This document shows positions 38,461-49,800 of a DNA stretch of 64,000 bases, piece after piece (within the stretch, counting starts at the first letter, position 1; every line of letters starts with the position of its first letter). The notes under the pieces are model-generated. The model saw only the letters and a program-made list of their open reading frames with translations, was not told where the DNA came from and made no database searches. Origin of the DNA: an uncultured Gemmatimonadales bacterium (GTDB lineage: Bacteria; Gemmatimonadota; Gemmatimonadetes; Gemmatimonadales; GWC2-71-9); contig CAVOGR010000002.1 in the NCBI GenBank assembly GCA_963695555.1, positions 288,001-352,000 on the forward strand, written 5' to 3'. The position numbers and the translations under genes are program-made.

Positions 38461-39142
38461 CGTCCGTGATGAACGGCAGGGGACGCCAGCTTTGTTGATC
38501 GTAGCTGAAATAGATCAGCAATGGCCTGCCCCGAATGTTCTTCCTGGGCAGGAAGCCCCACATCCGGCTATCGTGTGAGTTGTCGCGACTGTCACCCATC
38601 ACGAAATAGGAGTCCGACGGCACGACGATCGGCCCCCAGTCCTGGAGGTCGGGATGGTAGGTGGCGCTGTCGCCGTTGGCGAGATAACGCACTTGCCAAT
38701 CGCGCATTCGTTGCCGCTGGAACTGGTCGGCCGATGGAAGCGGGTCCGCATGCACGATGTAGGGTTCATTCAGCATGCGGCCATTGCGCATCATCCGGCC
38801 GGCCGTCATGGCAAGCGTATCCCCGGGCGCTCCCATCAACCGCTTCACCACTTTGATGTCTTCTTCGACGGAGTCGAAGACGATCAAGTCGCCGCGCCGC
38901 GGCTCGCGCACCGCCGGCAGGCGTTTGTGGATCAAGGGAACCTCGGCGCCGTACAGCGCCTTGTTCACAAAGAGGAAGTCCCCGATCATCAGGGTGTTTT
39001 CCATGCTCCCCGACGGAATTCGGAACGCTTCCACCAAGAACGTGCGGAGGAAGAACCACACCACCAGAGCGAGGGCGATGGACTTGACCCATCCCCAGAT
39101 CCAGGGGACGAAACCGGATTCTTTTGACGCCGCTCTTTTCAT
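38426..39142 (-). CDS. lepB: Signal peptidase I
   Basis: IPSGSMENTL, VKRL, MGDSRDNSHDSR. Confidence 0.95.
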   Translation of the reverse strand: MKRAASKESGFVPWIWGWVKSIALALVVWFFLRTFLVEAFRIPSGSMENTLMIGDFLFVNKALYGAEVPLIHKRLPAVREPRRGDLIVFDSVEEDIKVVKRLMGAPGDTLAMTAGRMMRNGRMLNEPYIVHADPLPSADQFQRQRMRDWQVRYLANGDSATYHPDLQDWGPIVVPSDSYFVMGDSRDNSHDSRMWGFLPRKNIRGRPLLIYFSYDQQSWRPLPFITDVRWGRIFSTPE

Positions 39143-39179
39143 AGTCAGATCCTGCCCTTTGCGCTCGGCCGACCGTCGA

Positions 39180-40265
39180 TCAATCTACCCAATCCGCAAT
39201 GAACAAGTTGGTTTCCCGGGCCTCCGAACCGTGGCGGTTCGATGCCCACACCAACTTCGACCCATCCGGGCTGAACATGGGGAACGAGTCGAATTCCCCG
39301 TCGAAGGTTACCCGCTCGAGTCCGGTCCCATCGACGTTGATGAGGTAGAGGTTGAAGACGCGTCCACCCTGGCTTTCGTGATTGGAGGCGAAGATGATCC
39401 GCGACCCGTCCGGGTGGAAATATGGGGCGAAGTTTGCGCCCCCGAGATTGGTCACTTGCCGCGGGTCGCTGCCGTCGGCGTTCGCGACCCATAGCTCGAG
39501 ATTGCCCGGCCGCACCATGCGCTGCGCCAGCAGACCCAAGTAGTCCGCAGAGTCCGCCGCGGTTTGCGGGTATCCGGCCCGCCAGACGAGCTTCTTCCCA
39601 TCCGGCGAAAAGAACGCTCCCCCATCGTAGCCCACCCGCTGCGTCACTCGGCGGAGATCCGACCCGTCCACGTTCATCGTATAGAGTTCGAGATCGCCGT
39701 CCATCGTGCTCGTGAAGATGATACGGGACCCGTCCGGGGAGAGGGTCGCCTCCGCATTATAAGTCCCGTTGTTGGTCAGTTGTTGAGGGTCGCTTCCATC
39801 GGCCGCCGCCGTGTAGATCTCGAAGTGGCCGATCGGCCACACGTAGCCTTTCGAATGATCGGGTGGCGGTGGGCACGCGGTGTCGTGCTCGAACGTCGAG
39901 CTGTAGAGAATCCGCCGGTCGTTATCGTAGAAATACCCGCAGGTGGTGCGCCCCTGGCCGTTCGACACCCGTCGCATGCCGGTGCCATCGGCGTTGATGA
40001 TATACTGCTGGTCACAGCCTTCGGAGACCTTGTCCTGACGTTGGAAGATGATCTCCTTGCCGGATCTGGAGAAGTAGCCCTCCGCGTTGTTTCCCCCGAA
40101 GGTCAGCTGTTGGATGTTTGCGAGATGGACTTCCCCTGGCTCGGGATCAACAAACACACCCGCGGGCGCTGCGGCTTCGTCGCGCGCTCCGCCACAGGCG
40201 GTCATCATCATCAGTCCGCCCAACCCAAGAACCCCGAGGTGCCTTCGAATCTGCATGCCGGTCAT
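39180..40265 (-). CDS. TolB-like PD40-repeat lipoprotein
   Basis: Lipobox MTAC; repeated SPDG/FSPDG propeller blades. Confidence 0.88.
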   Translation of the reverse strand: MTGMQIRRHLGVLGLGGLMMMTACGGARDEAAAPAGVFVDPEPGEVHLANIQQLTFGGNNAEGYFSRSGKEIIFQRQDKVSEGCDQQYIINADGTGMRRVSNGQGRTTCGYFYDNDRRILYSSTFEHDTACPPPPDHSKGYVWPIGHFEIYTAAADGSDPQQLTNNGTYNAEATLSPDGSRIIFTSTMDGDLELYTMNVDGSDLRRVTQRVGYDGGAFFSPDGKKLVWRAGYPQTAADSADYLGLLAQRMVRPGNLELWVANADGSDPRQVTNLGGANFAPYFHPDGSRIIFASNHESQGGRVFNLYLINVDGTGLERVTFDGEFDSFPMFSPDGSKLVWASNRHGSEARETNLFIADWVD

Positions 40266-40720
40266 CCTTTCAACAGGGCGAGCACTTCCGCCGCGTGTCC
40301 CTTCGGTTTCACCTTTTCGAACACCTTGAGCACCGTCCCATGTTCATCGATCACGAAGGTCGTCCGGAGGACGCCATGATACGATTTCCCGTACATGGAC
40401 TTCTTCCCCCACGCGCCATACGCGTCCGCGACGACGTGGTCGGGGTCGGCAAGGAGGGAGAAGGGGAGTTGATATTTCGTCTTGAACTTTCGGTGCGACG
40501 CCTCGTCGTCCGGAGACACCCCGAGCACGACTGCCCCCGCCTGCGAGACAGCCCCCCAGGAGTCGCGAAACCCGCATGCTTCCGTGGTACACCCGGGCGT
40601 GTCGTCCCGGGGGTAGAAATAGAGAACGACCTTCTTACCACGGAACATGTCGAGCGAGATCTCCGTTCCGTCGTCGGATCGGAGCGAGAATGCAGGGGCA
40701 CGATTGCCGGATTTAACCAT
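40262..40720 (-). CDS. bcp: Thioredoxin-dependent thiol peroxidase Bcp
   Basis: YFYPRDDTPGCTTEAC. Confidence 0.95.
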   Translation of the reverse strand: MVKSGNRAPAFSLRSDDGTEISLDMFRGKKVVLYFYPRDDTPGCTTEACGFRDSWGAVSQAGAVVLGVSPDDEASHRKFKTKYQLPFSLLADPDHVVADAYGAWGKKSMYGKSYHGVLRTTFVIDEHGTVLKVFEKVKPKGHAAEVLALLKG

Positions 40721-40734
40721 GAATCGTCGTATCG

Positions 40735-42342
40735 TTACGGCGCGGCGCGCCACGTTGGAGGTTCGAGCAACGGAATAGCCCCCGGCTGTCGGACCCGCAG
40801 AATGGGGGAGTCGTGCCCTTGGCGCAAGTCGCGATCGAGGAAGTTCCACGCGGCGACCCCATCGGCGGAACCCGGCTCCAGTAGGTATGCGGCAAGCACG
40901 CCCAGACGCTGCTCCGTCGGTACGTAGAACCAGCCCGCCGCTGCCCGTCCGGCCGCGGGCCGCCAGTTCCCGCGCACGTCAACAAGCCGATGGCCCTGAA
41001 ATGGCCGCCGAGCTCCTGCGAGGCTGTCTATGTGAAAGGCCTCAACGGGTCCCGTCCACTCCTCGCCGACCCGGGCGACCCGTACTCCGTGACGGCCAAG
41101 CGCCTCCACGACATGCCCCAGACCGGGCGGGAGAAGATAGCCGGCCGGAAGCGCCTCGCGCCGCACGGGGGCGAAGCGGTCGAACACCGGCATACGGATC
41201 GAGCGGTAGGCCCCGGTGCGACGGCGGCGGGCGAACCCATGCGACCCATCACCCACCGGTTCCGTAATCTCGGCAAGGACCTCGACGAGGTGGGGCGCGG
41301 CATAATCGGATCGCACGGCGACGGAATCCGGCGCCCAGCGCCAGGGTGATCCGTGGAGCGAGGCGATGGTGTCGCGCTGCTCGGCAGCAAGACTCAGGAT
41401 CTCGCGCACGAAGTTGTACGTGGCCGAAATGCGCTCCGCAAACGGCGCATTGCTGTACGCTTCGCTGAGGATCGCCATGCGGCCACGCATCGCGAACCAA
41501 TTGACGCCATAGCGCGGGTATGGTTCGTAGGTAAACCATCCCTGATCAAGAGAATCGGGGTCTTGGTTCTTGAAATTGCCGTAATCGAACACTTCTTGGC
41601 CATGCCGGTCACGCATGTGTGTGCGGATGGTTGGCAGGAACGTATCCCGTAAAAAATCGTTCGGCGGGCCGCTGTTCGGATTGAGCCCTGGGGAATAGGT
41701 GAGTGCGTACCCGTGGTAACTCCCGTTGGTGGTGTGGAGGTCAATGAAGAAATCCGGGTCCCACTCGTTGATCAGCGCCGCGGCGCCTCGTGTCTCGGGG
41801 GCCTCCATCTTGACGTAATCCCGGTTCAGGTCGAGTCCTTGCCCATTGACCCTGCGACCGACCAGCGCGGGACCGTTTTGCCCCGGTCGATTTCGGTCGG
41901 ACGAACCGACTGCCTCATTCCCGTCGACGTTGTAGATCGGCACCACGAGGACAATCACGCTATCCAAGAGCGGCCGAAGGACCCCGAGCGTCAGCTCTCG
42001 AAGCAACATCTGAGCGGCCTCTTTTCCCTCGACTTCCCCAGCGTGAATATTGCCCTGGATGTAGAGAATAGGCTTCCGAGTCCTGTGGGCCGCTGCGGCA
42101 TCATCGACCATCGGCTTGGCGGCGAGTACCCACGGGATCCATCGTCCCTCCACGCTTTGGGCCAGGGTGCCGACTCTGAGGTCGGCGCCGGCGCGTTCGA
42201 GCGAGTCGAGGAACGACAGCACGTCCTGGTGGCTCGAGGTTTGCTGTGCATTGGTGCGCTCGGGTCGGGTGGTCTGTCCGACAAGGAGGCCGCTCGACAG
42301 CGCCACCAGCACGAGCAGTGACGTGCAGAATCGGGGGGTCAT
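40735..42342 (-). CDS. M14 zinc carboxypeptidase family, secreted
   Basis: IHAGEVEG, NVDG, DLNRD, IDLHT. Confidence 0.92.
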   Translation of the reverse strand: MTPRFCTSLLVLVALSSGLLVGQTTRPERTNAQQTSSHQDVLSFLDSLERAGADLRVGTLAQSVEGRWIPWVLAAKPMVDDAAAAHRTRKPILYIQGNIHAGEVEGKEAAQMLLRELTLGVLRPLLDSVIVLVVPIYNVDGNEAVGSSDRNRPGQNGPALVGRRVNGQGLDLNRDYVKMEAPETRGAAALINEWDPDFFIDLHTTNGSYHGYALTYSPGLNPNSGPPNDFLRDTFLPTIRTHMRDRHGQEVFDYGNFKNQDPDSLDQGWFTYEPYPRYGVNWFAMRGRMAILSEAYSNAPFAERISATYNFVREILSLAAEQRDTIASLHGSPWRWAPDSVAVRSDYAAPHLVEVLAEITEPVGDGSHGFARRRRTGAYRSIRMPVFDRFAPVRREALPAGYLLPPGLGHVVEALGRHGVRVARVGEEWTGPVEAFHIDSLAGARRPFQGHRLVDVRGNWRPAAGRAAAGWFYVPTEQRLGVLAAYLLEPGSADGVAAWNFLDRDLRQGHDSPILRVRQPGAIPLLEPPTWRAAP

Positions 42343-44492
42343 GGAGCCACCTCCAGTACGCCGGAAGGGGAGTCGGGCGGAATCAAGTAGCGCGTCTCCT
42401 CGACAAATGGCTGGCCGTCGTCCACGGTAAACGTGACTTCAGGAATGAGCACAGGCCGGCGGCGCGGCCCCACGGAGAGGTCACGCGCGTCAACGTCCGA
42501 TACGAACCACGACGCAACGCTGTTATCCATGATCACCTGGAATGCATCCGTATCACGCCGGATGACGAGCCGCCTCACCTCAGCGGGCTCCGGCACGGCA
42601 TCGGCAAGGGCCGCGATCATGAGATAGCCCTGGACGTGCGGGTCCAGTGGACGCGAGGCGGCCATCTCCGCGAGTTTCTCGGCCTCACCGAACGCGATGA
42701 GAGGGAACTCGACGGCGAGCTTCCGAAGAATCCGGTCGGCCTCGTATTCGGCTAACCCTTCCGCCAAGTAGAGGTCCGGCTCTATCACGGTAAGGACCGC
42801 GCCATCCGCGCCCACCGAAAGCCCGGAGCCGTCGGAACGGGTGCGCACATGGCCGTGGACAATGTGATGCCATTCATGGAGCACTGTCCCGATCGCGAAG
42901 AGGGGCATGGTGCTCGGGTCGATCAACACGATGTCGTGCGCTTCGAGAAATCCGCCTCGGGCCCGTGTGGATTCCTGGCCGATGCTGCTGATCTCGTATC
43001 GAAATGTCCCGAGATCGACGACTGACGTCCCGGGGGCGGGCGACCCTACCTCTTGAACAACCCGCCGCAGCCCTGCACTACCGTGTCGTGCCAGCCAGCG
43101 GACCGCAGATGGGTTTTCTGCAACGATCAACCGATCGAGGACTTCCGGGAAGACACCCGCCACTGGTGCGCCTTCGGCGTACCCGAACAGGCGCACGCGA
43201 ACGGCCGGCACAGGCGCGCCATTGTCGGGCCAAGTTGATTGTACGATGTCGGCAAGGGAACGTGCACCGGAGTCCCCGAGCCACGGCTCGGTCACGAGGA
43301 ATCGCATGGCGGCTTCGTACCAGTGCACGGCCCCTTCGTAGCCGGCGAGCAACGCTTGAACCGCGCGGAACGAATCCGGAGCTCCGTGCTGCATGGGGCC
43401 GAGTACGGCGCCGTAGTGCTCCGGCTCCGTGTTCGAGAGGACGAAGAGACGGTACAGTTCTAACGCGATCACTTCATCGGCAGGCTGGTGTTCCGATCGG
43501 GACAGACGTCCGGCCACCGAAAGCGCGGCCGTGGCGCTTGTCCATTCAACTCCCGGCAGCTGGTGGCGCGCAGCACGGAGTGCCACATCGTGAATGTCGA
43601 CCTGCCACTCACCGGCCGGTCGGAAGAGGAAGTCGAACCGCTTGCGGGCGGGATCGGTAACCAAACGACGTCGCACGGTCGCCAACACGGCCTGGTGCGC
43701 GGCCACCATCGCCTCGCGGTGACGCAGTCCCATTGCCCGGATCACCGCGGCCTCGGCCAAGTCCTCAGGACTCAATGTCGTGAGTCCGGATGCGCCCGCC
43801 ACAGCACGATATCGTTCGAGAACCGACTCGGTAGTGTGTCCGCGCGCGGCGGCGGCTCGCAGCCAGGCACCCGGCAGCCGCTGGATGGAATCTCCGGCCC
43901 CGTAGAAGACCAGCATCTGCCGCTGGGTAAATCGGGGCAGTGATGGGTAGAACTCGACAGAATCCGCGAGACGCCCGGCAACCCACTGGCGGCGCGCACC
44001 GCCGTCCAAGAACGCCTCACCGACCAGGCTATCCTGCACGAGCCGGCCGGCAAACCGCCGCACGTTCGAGCCGGTTACCAGCCACTCGACACTGTCGTGA
44101 TCGAACGCGCGGCCCGTGAGCGGGCGGGGGCTGTCCGTGAGGCCTGCCAGATCCAACGTGCCGGACAGAGTTGCCCCATCAACCGCGAGCCACAGCTCAC
44201 CCAAGATTGCGGCCGGTGTACCGCCACGAAGGATGACCCGCCACCGACCGGCCACCTGACCGTTGAGCGTGGTGGTGGATGTGAGGAAGACCAGGATCAG
44301 CGTGGCGAGGATGCGCGGCGCAGTCCAGCCTCCGCGGGGACCACGGCGCGGATTCGTTCCGCGGTGCCGGGAAGCCTGTTTGCTAAGGAGACGCAGGGGG
44401 GGAGTTCTCTGACGCGGCCCCAGCAGGGGATGCCGGTTCGGGACCAGCCTTGGCGGCTGCCGTGTCCGCGGGCACGACTTGTTGACGGTCAA
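42339..44492 (-). CDS. Secreted protein with C-terminal gluzincin-like metallopeptidase motif (start uncertain, probably nearer 44.3 kb)
   Basis: Signal-like ILATLILVFLTS; LHEWHH plus downstream AEGLAEY; the track start overlaps the upstream gene by 110 bp. Confidence 0.65.
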   Translation of the reverse strand: MTVNKSCPRTRQPPRLVPNRHPLLGPRQRTPPLRLLSKQASRHRGTNPRRGPRGGWTAPRILATLILVFLTSTTTLNGQVAGRWRVILRGGTPAAILGELWLAVDGATLSGTLDLAGLTDSPRPLTGRAFDHDSVEWLVTGSNVRRFAGRLVQDSLVGEAFLDGGARRQWVAGRLADSVEFYPSLPRFTQRQMLVFYGAGDSIQRLPGAWLRAAAARGHTTESVLERYRAVAGASGLTTLSPEDLAEAAVIRAMGLRHREAMVAAHQAVLATVRRRLVTDPARKRFDFLFRPAGEWQVDIHDVALRAARHQLPGVEWTSATAALSVAGRLSRSEHQPADEVIALELYRLFVLSNTEPEHYGAVLGPMQHGAPDSFRAVQALLAGYEGAVHWYEAAMRFLVTEPWLGDSGARSLADIVQSTWPDNGAPVPAVRVRLFGYAEGAPVAGVFPEVLDRLIVAENPSAVRWLARHGSAGLRRVVQEVGSPAPGTSVVDLGTFRYEISSIGQESTRARGGFLEAHDIVLIDPSTMPLFAIGTVLHEWHHIVHGHVRTRSDGSGLSVGADGAVLTVIEPDLYLAEGLAEYEADRILRKLAVEFPLIAFGEAEKLAEMAASRPLDPHVQGYLMIAALADAVPEPAEVRRLVIRRDTDAFQVIMDNSVASWFVSDVDARDLSVGPRRRPVLIPEVTFTVDDGQPFVEETRYLIPPDSPSGVLEVAP

Positions 44493-45528
44493 CCGGGATG
44501 GGCGTCACCGCCATTCCGGGCTGGAGGCGGACCTGTCCGCCGACCACCACTTGCTCTCCGGCAGCCACGCCTGAACGGATCTCGACAAAGCCAGGGATTC
44601 GGACTCCCAACTCAACCGCGCGTCGCTCCGCCTTGCTACTGTCATCGATCACCCAGATCACCGGCCCTGCCTCGAGCGGGACGATCGCCTCCTCGGGCAC
44701 GATCGTCGCTGCGGGGCGCACGTCGGTGGCCAGCCGGACTTCAATGAACATGCCGGGCTGGAGATCTCCCTCACGGTTCGGAACGCGGGCTTTCACCAGG
44801 ATCGTTCGCGAGGGAAGGGTGACGATGGGATCGACGAACTCGACGGTACCCCGGAAATCACGCCCCGGAATGGCCGCTACCCGGAAGGCGACCTCCTGCC
44901 CGAGGGCGAGTTCCGAGGCGTAGCGCTCGGGAACCTGAAACACGGCACGCTGGGGGTGAACGGTTTGGAGCGTGACCAACCCGGTGGAGCTGGTGACGTA
45001 ATCGCCCAGGCTCACTTGCCGCGAGCCGGCGACACCGCCAAAGGGAGCGCGGACGACCGTCCGGTCGAGGCGGACCTTGAGAAGTTCGTACTGCGCCTCG
45101 CTACTGCGGGCGGTGGCTTCCGCCTGTTCCAGATCGGCCTGCGAGGCGGCATTCTGTGCGATGAGAGTGCGAGTCCGTTCCAGGGCCTGGCGGCTGAGAT
45201 CTCGCTCGGCTTCGGCCCGAGCGACCTGGGCGACCAGCTCCGCGTCGTCGACCTTGAACAGTGGCGCCCCGGCCCGAACGTATCTGCCCTCCCGAAAAAG
45301 GATACCGGTGATTCGTCCGTCGATGTCCGGCCGGAGGATGATCGATTGCACGGCTTCGATCTGACCCGTTGCCTGAATCGCGTCGATCACCGTGTCCACC
45401 TGCGCCCGAGCGACTTCCACTGGCGCGGCAAACCCGCCGCCGCCAAACCCGCCATCTTCGGCTTGCCCATCGCCACAACCCCATGCGGCGACAACCGCGA
45501 GCCCGAATACCAGACCTCGTGTGACCAT
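44383..45528 (-). CDS. RND efflux periplasmic adaptor subunit
   Basis: Lipobox AWGC; GRITGI.F.EG, VRAPFGG, LQPGMF. Confidence 0.93.
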   Translation of the reverse strand: MVTRGLVFGLAVVAAWGCGDGQAEDGGFGGGGFAAPVEVARAQVDTVIDAIQATGQIEAVQSIILRPDIDGRITGILFREGRYVRAGAPLFKVDDAELVAQVARAEAERDLSRQALERTRTLIAQNAASQADLEQAEATARSSEAQYELLKVRLDRTVVRAPFGGVAGSRQVSLGDYVTSSTGLVTLQTVHPQRAVFQVPERYASELALGQEVAFRVAAIPGRDFRGTVEFVDPIVTLPSRTILVKARVPNREGDLQPGMFIEVRLATDVRPAATIVPEEAIVPLEAGPVIWVIDDSSKAERRAVELGVRIPGFVEIRSGVAAGEQVVVGGQVRLQPGMAVTPIPVDRQQVVPADTAAAKAGPEPASPAGAASENSPPASP

Positions 45529-46805
45529 TAGTCCTTCCCGGTGAAGAGGCGCCGGCCGAGAATCGCTTCCAGCCCCGCCAGTGCCAATCGTGTTGCCGTG
45601 CGGGACTGTACCAGCCCCGCCTGGGCGTCGCTCAAGTTGACCTGCGCTTCGAGGAGATCGAGAATGTCGGTTGCGCCGCTCCGATAGCGTGCCTGCTGAA
45701 CACGATAATTCTCTTCGGCAACGACAACGGCCTGCGCGGCGAGGTCGGTCGCCGCCCGCGACGTCAGGTACTGGTCATAGGCCTGGGTCACGTCGGGTCG
45801 GGCCGAGCGTTCCAGATCCTCTCGAATGGCACGGGCGACGTCGCGGTTGACGCGTGCCTGCGTAATACCGATCTCGCGTCTCCCCCCGTCCCAGATCGGC
45901 AGGCTCACCCCGATCGAGAGGGTCGAGCGCTTGGTGGCGTTCGGGAAGACTTTCACGTCGAAGGCGGAGGTGTTCGCGGACAGTCCCACCTGCGGCAACC
46001 ACGCCGAGCGTTGGGCCCAGAGTTGTGCTCCGGCGCTCTGCTCGTTGGCCCGGGCAACCCGATAGCTCGGGCCCTGTTCCAGCGCTTCGGCGACGGCCTC
46101 TTCGAGGGTCAGCGGGAGATCGGGCGCGGGCCCGGACGGCAGTGGCGCGGCATCCACCGGCCCTGCCGCCCCAATCAGGCTGCCCAGGGTCAGTCGCGAC
46201 ACGCGCAGCCGGCTTTCCTCGCGCAGCAGGTTGACGCGAGCCCGGGTGAGTTCCAGCAAGAGCCGGAGCGAATCGGTCTGGACGGCCGCCCCGGACAATA
46301 CCCGGGCCCGCGCAACGACCAACTGTTCCTCGGCGCGGGCCACCCGTTGCCGAGCGACTTCGGTGAGCTCCCTGTTCGAGACCAGATCATAGTAGGCCGA
46401 CTCGGTGAGGAGCGCAGCCGCGAAGCGCGCCTCCAGTTCCCCCGCTCGAGCGCCGGTCAGCTGGGCCTTGGCGGCCGCGAGATCGGCAAATTTCCGTCCG
46501 CCCGCAAAGAGTTCGTATTGGCCGGTCAACTGGGCAAAGGCAAACGTCTTCGATGCCGCGCCCGTCCCGATATTGAAACTCGGCGAGGAGGAGACCTGGT
46601 AGCTCCCCTGCACCGTGATCGAGGGAAGGATGAAGGCCAGGTAGGCTGCGCGCCGACCCCACGCCGCGTTATCGATCTGTCCGAGGGCCGCCACATAGTT
46701 GGGATCGAGCTGGGTCGCGCGTTCCAACGCTTCGGCAAGGGTGACGCGAGGCATGGTATCCGTCGCGGCAACCTGCACCGCCAGGAACAATCCGAGCAGC
46801 ATCAT
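45528..46805 (-). CDS. TolC-family outer-membrane factor
   Basis: VTLAEAL, LPIWDGG, RYRSGAT..LDLLEAQ. Confidence 0.92.
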   Translation of the reverse strand: MMLLGLFLAVQVAATDTMPRVTLAEALERATQLDPNYVAALGQIDNAAWGRRAAYLAFILPSITVQGSYQVSSSPSFNIGTGAASKTFAFAQLTGQYELFAGGRKFADLAAAKAQLTGARAGELEARFAAALLTESAYYDLVSNRELTEVARQRVARAEEQLVVARARVLSGAAVQTDSLRLLLELTRARVNLLREESRLRVSRLTLGSLIGAAGPVDAAPLPSGPAPDLPLTLEEAVAEALEQGPSYRVARANEQSAGAQLWAQRSAWLPQVGLSANTSAFDVKVFPNATKRSTLSIGVSLPIWDGGRREIGITQARVNRDVARAIREDLERSARPDVTQAYDQYLTSRAATDLAAQAVVVAEENYRVQQARYRSGATDILDLLEAQVNLSDAQAGLVQSRTATRLALAGLEAILGRRLFTGKD

Positions 46806-49800
46806 GCTTCAACCGTGGCGCGCGGGATTCGGCCACGCCACCCTCCGACGGCCAGCCGGATCTGGAGCGCATCCAGCAGGACGTAGACCACCGGCACCAG
46901 GAAGAGCGTCAGGACCGTCGATACCATGATGCCCCCGACGATAACCAGGCCAAGTGGAATCCTGCTCTCGGAGCCGGCGCTGAGCCCCAACGCGATTGGC
47001 ATGGCCCCTGCTACTGTTGATGTAGCCGTCATCAGGATTGGCCGGAGTCGTATGCGCCCCGCCTCGAGCACGGCATCGATGGTGTCCAGTCCTTTGGCCT
47101 TCAATTGATTGGCATATTCCACCAACAGGATCGAGTTCTTCGACGCCAACCCGATCAGGAGGATCATCCCGATTTGGCTATAAAGATTGAGCGTGGACTG
47201 CATGATGAAGAGCGTCACCAGCGCACCGCTTACTGCTAATGGCACCGCGAGGAGTACGGTGAACGGGTGCACCAGCGACTCGAATTGGGCGGCCAGGACC
47301 ATGTATACCACGATGAGTGCCAGCACAAACGCGAAATACAACGCCGTTCCGCTGTCTTCCAGCTCTCGCGATTCTCCGGCGAGTGCGGTGGAGCTACCGG
47401 GTGGCAGCACTTCGGCCGCGGCTGCGCGGAGGGAATCAATCGCCGAGCCAAGTACCAGGCCGGGCGCAAGGCTCGCGTCGAGCGTGTAGGAGCGCACCCG
47501 GTTGTAGTGCAGCAGCGCCGACGGGCCGATGTTCTCGGTCACGGTGGCCACTTGATCGAGATTGATCAACCCGCCCTCGCGCCCTCGGACATAGAGGCCG
47601 CTCATGTCGCTCGGCGTGGCTCGCTCCTCCGGGCGCATCTGTACCACGACATCATAGAGCTTGTTGTCGCGGGTAAACGTGCTGACCCGCCGACCCCCGA
47701 GCATGGTTTCGAGCGTCGCCCCGATAGACTCCACCGAGACGCCGAGATCTTCAGCCCGATCGCGTTGGTAACTGACGGTGAGTTCCGGTTTGTTCACCTT
47801 GAGGTCGATATCGAGGTTGATCAACCCCGGAATCTGGGCCGCCCGCGCCTGGAAGCCGTCCATGCCGGCCAGCAACGAATCGAAGTTCGGGTGTTGCACC
47901 ACGAACTGCACCGGCTTCCCGAATCCTCCGATGGGCGAGGGAGCGAAGGCAAATGCCTGAACCCCCGGGATCCCGAAATATTGAGGGAAGAGCTCTCCGA
48001 TCACGTCCTGGGTGGAGCGACTGCGCTCCGACCAGTCGGTGAGTTGCGCGAAGACAATGCCTTGGTTGACCGGAACGAAGCCGCCCACGATGCTGAAGTA
48101 CGACTCGATGTCCGCCGTCCTGGCCAGGATCGCCTCGACCTGTTGTTGGTATTGATCGGTGAATTCGACCGTGGACCCTTCCGGCGCCTGAATGACGCTG
48201 AGGAACCACCCACGATCCTCGTCCGGGACGAACTCCCGTTCGAGCGCCCGGAAGGTGACCACCGCCACCACGAGAGCGCCGACGGCACCACCAAGCACGA
48301 CTCCGCGATGCCGCACTGCCCAGGTGAGCGCCTTGGTGTAGCCCGCAGCCAGCCCTACAAACCCGCGCTCGAACGCCTGAAACACCGGGCCGTGCGACTT
48401 GGGGACCCGCAAGATTTTGGCACACAGCATGGGCGTCAGGCTGAGCGCGACGAAACTCGACACGATCACCGCACCCGCCAACGCCACGCCGAACTCGTTG
48501 AACAGCCGACCGGTCGTGCCCTGGAGGAAGGCCAGCGGCGAGAACACCGCCACGAGCGCGACCGTGGTGGCAATCACGGCGAATGCGATTTCCCGCGTGC
48601 CGTCGCGTGCAGCGATTGCCGGGTCTTCGACCAGCTCTTCCTGGTGGCGGTAGGCGTTCTCGAGCACAACGATGGCGTCATCGACCACGAGGCCGATCGC
48701 GAGAATCAGCGCCAGTAAGGTAAAGGTATTGATCGAGAATCCGAGGAAGAACATGACCGCGAAGGCCGCAATGATCGACACGGGAATCGCGAGACCTGGA
48801 ATCAGCGTGGCGCGGACGTTGCGCAGTGCCAGGAAGATGATGACGACGACCAGAAACGCCGCGAGCCCGAGCGTCAGCAGCGTCTCGCGGATGGATCGCT
48901 TGACATAAATCGAGGAATCGAACGCCGCTTCGATCTCGACACCGGGCGGAAGTGCTGCCTGCACCGCGGGCAGGCCCGCACGAATGTTCTCGGCCACGTC
49001 GAGCAGATTCGCCTTGGACTGACGGACCACGCCGATACCGATAGCGGAAACGCCCTTGTATCGCAGGGTACTCCGCTCCTCTCGGGCGGCCAGCTCGACT
49101 TTCGCCAGATCGATCAGCTTCACCAACTGGCCGCCCTGGTTGGCCACCGTGATGTTGCCGAACTGTTCGGGTGTCTTGAGCTCGCCCAAGGAGCGAACGG
49201 TGAACTCCCGAGTCTCGGATTCGATTCTGCCGGCCGGGATTTCCACGTTCCGGGTCCGGATGGCGTTCTCGACGTCTTGGACCGTCAGCCCGCGCGCCGC
49301 GAGCTCCTTCGGCGAGAGCCAGATTCGCATGGAGTATTGCCGCTGCCCGGCAATGAAGACCCGCCCGACCCCGGTAATGGTTTGCAGTCGGGTCTTCACG
49401 ATCCGGTCTGCGATGTCGGAGAGCTGCATGCGGGTGTAGTTGGCCCCAGAAAGCGCTATCCAATAGAACGGCTGCGCGTCGGCGTCCTGCTTGGCCACCA
49501 CGGGCTCGCCGACCTCTCGGGGCAGCCGGCCCCGCACCCGGGAGACCTTGTCGCGCACGTCCTGCGCGGCGCTCTCGATGTCCCGACCCAGGTTGAATTC
49601 GAGGGTGATGTTGCTGCTTTGCTCCGCGCTCGAGCTGGTGAGGGTACGAAGGCCCTCAACGGTGCTCAATTCCTCTTCGAGAATGTCCGTCACGGCCGAT
49701 TCGACCACCCGTGGATTGGCACCGGGCAAGAAGGTCGACACCGAGATGATGGGCGGGTCGATATCGGGAAACTCCCGTACCTGAAGTCGGGTGTACCCAA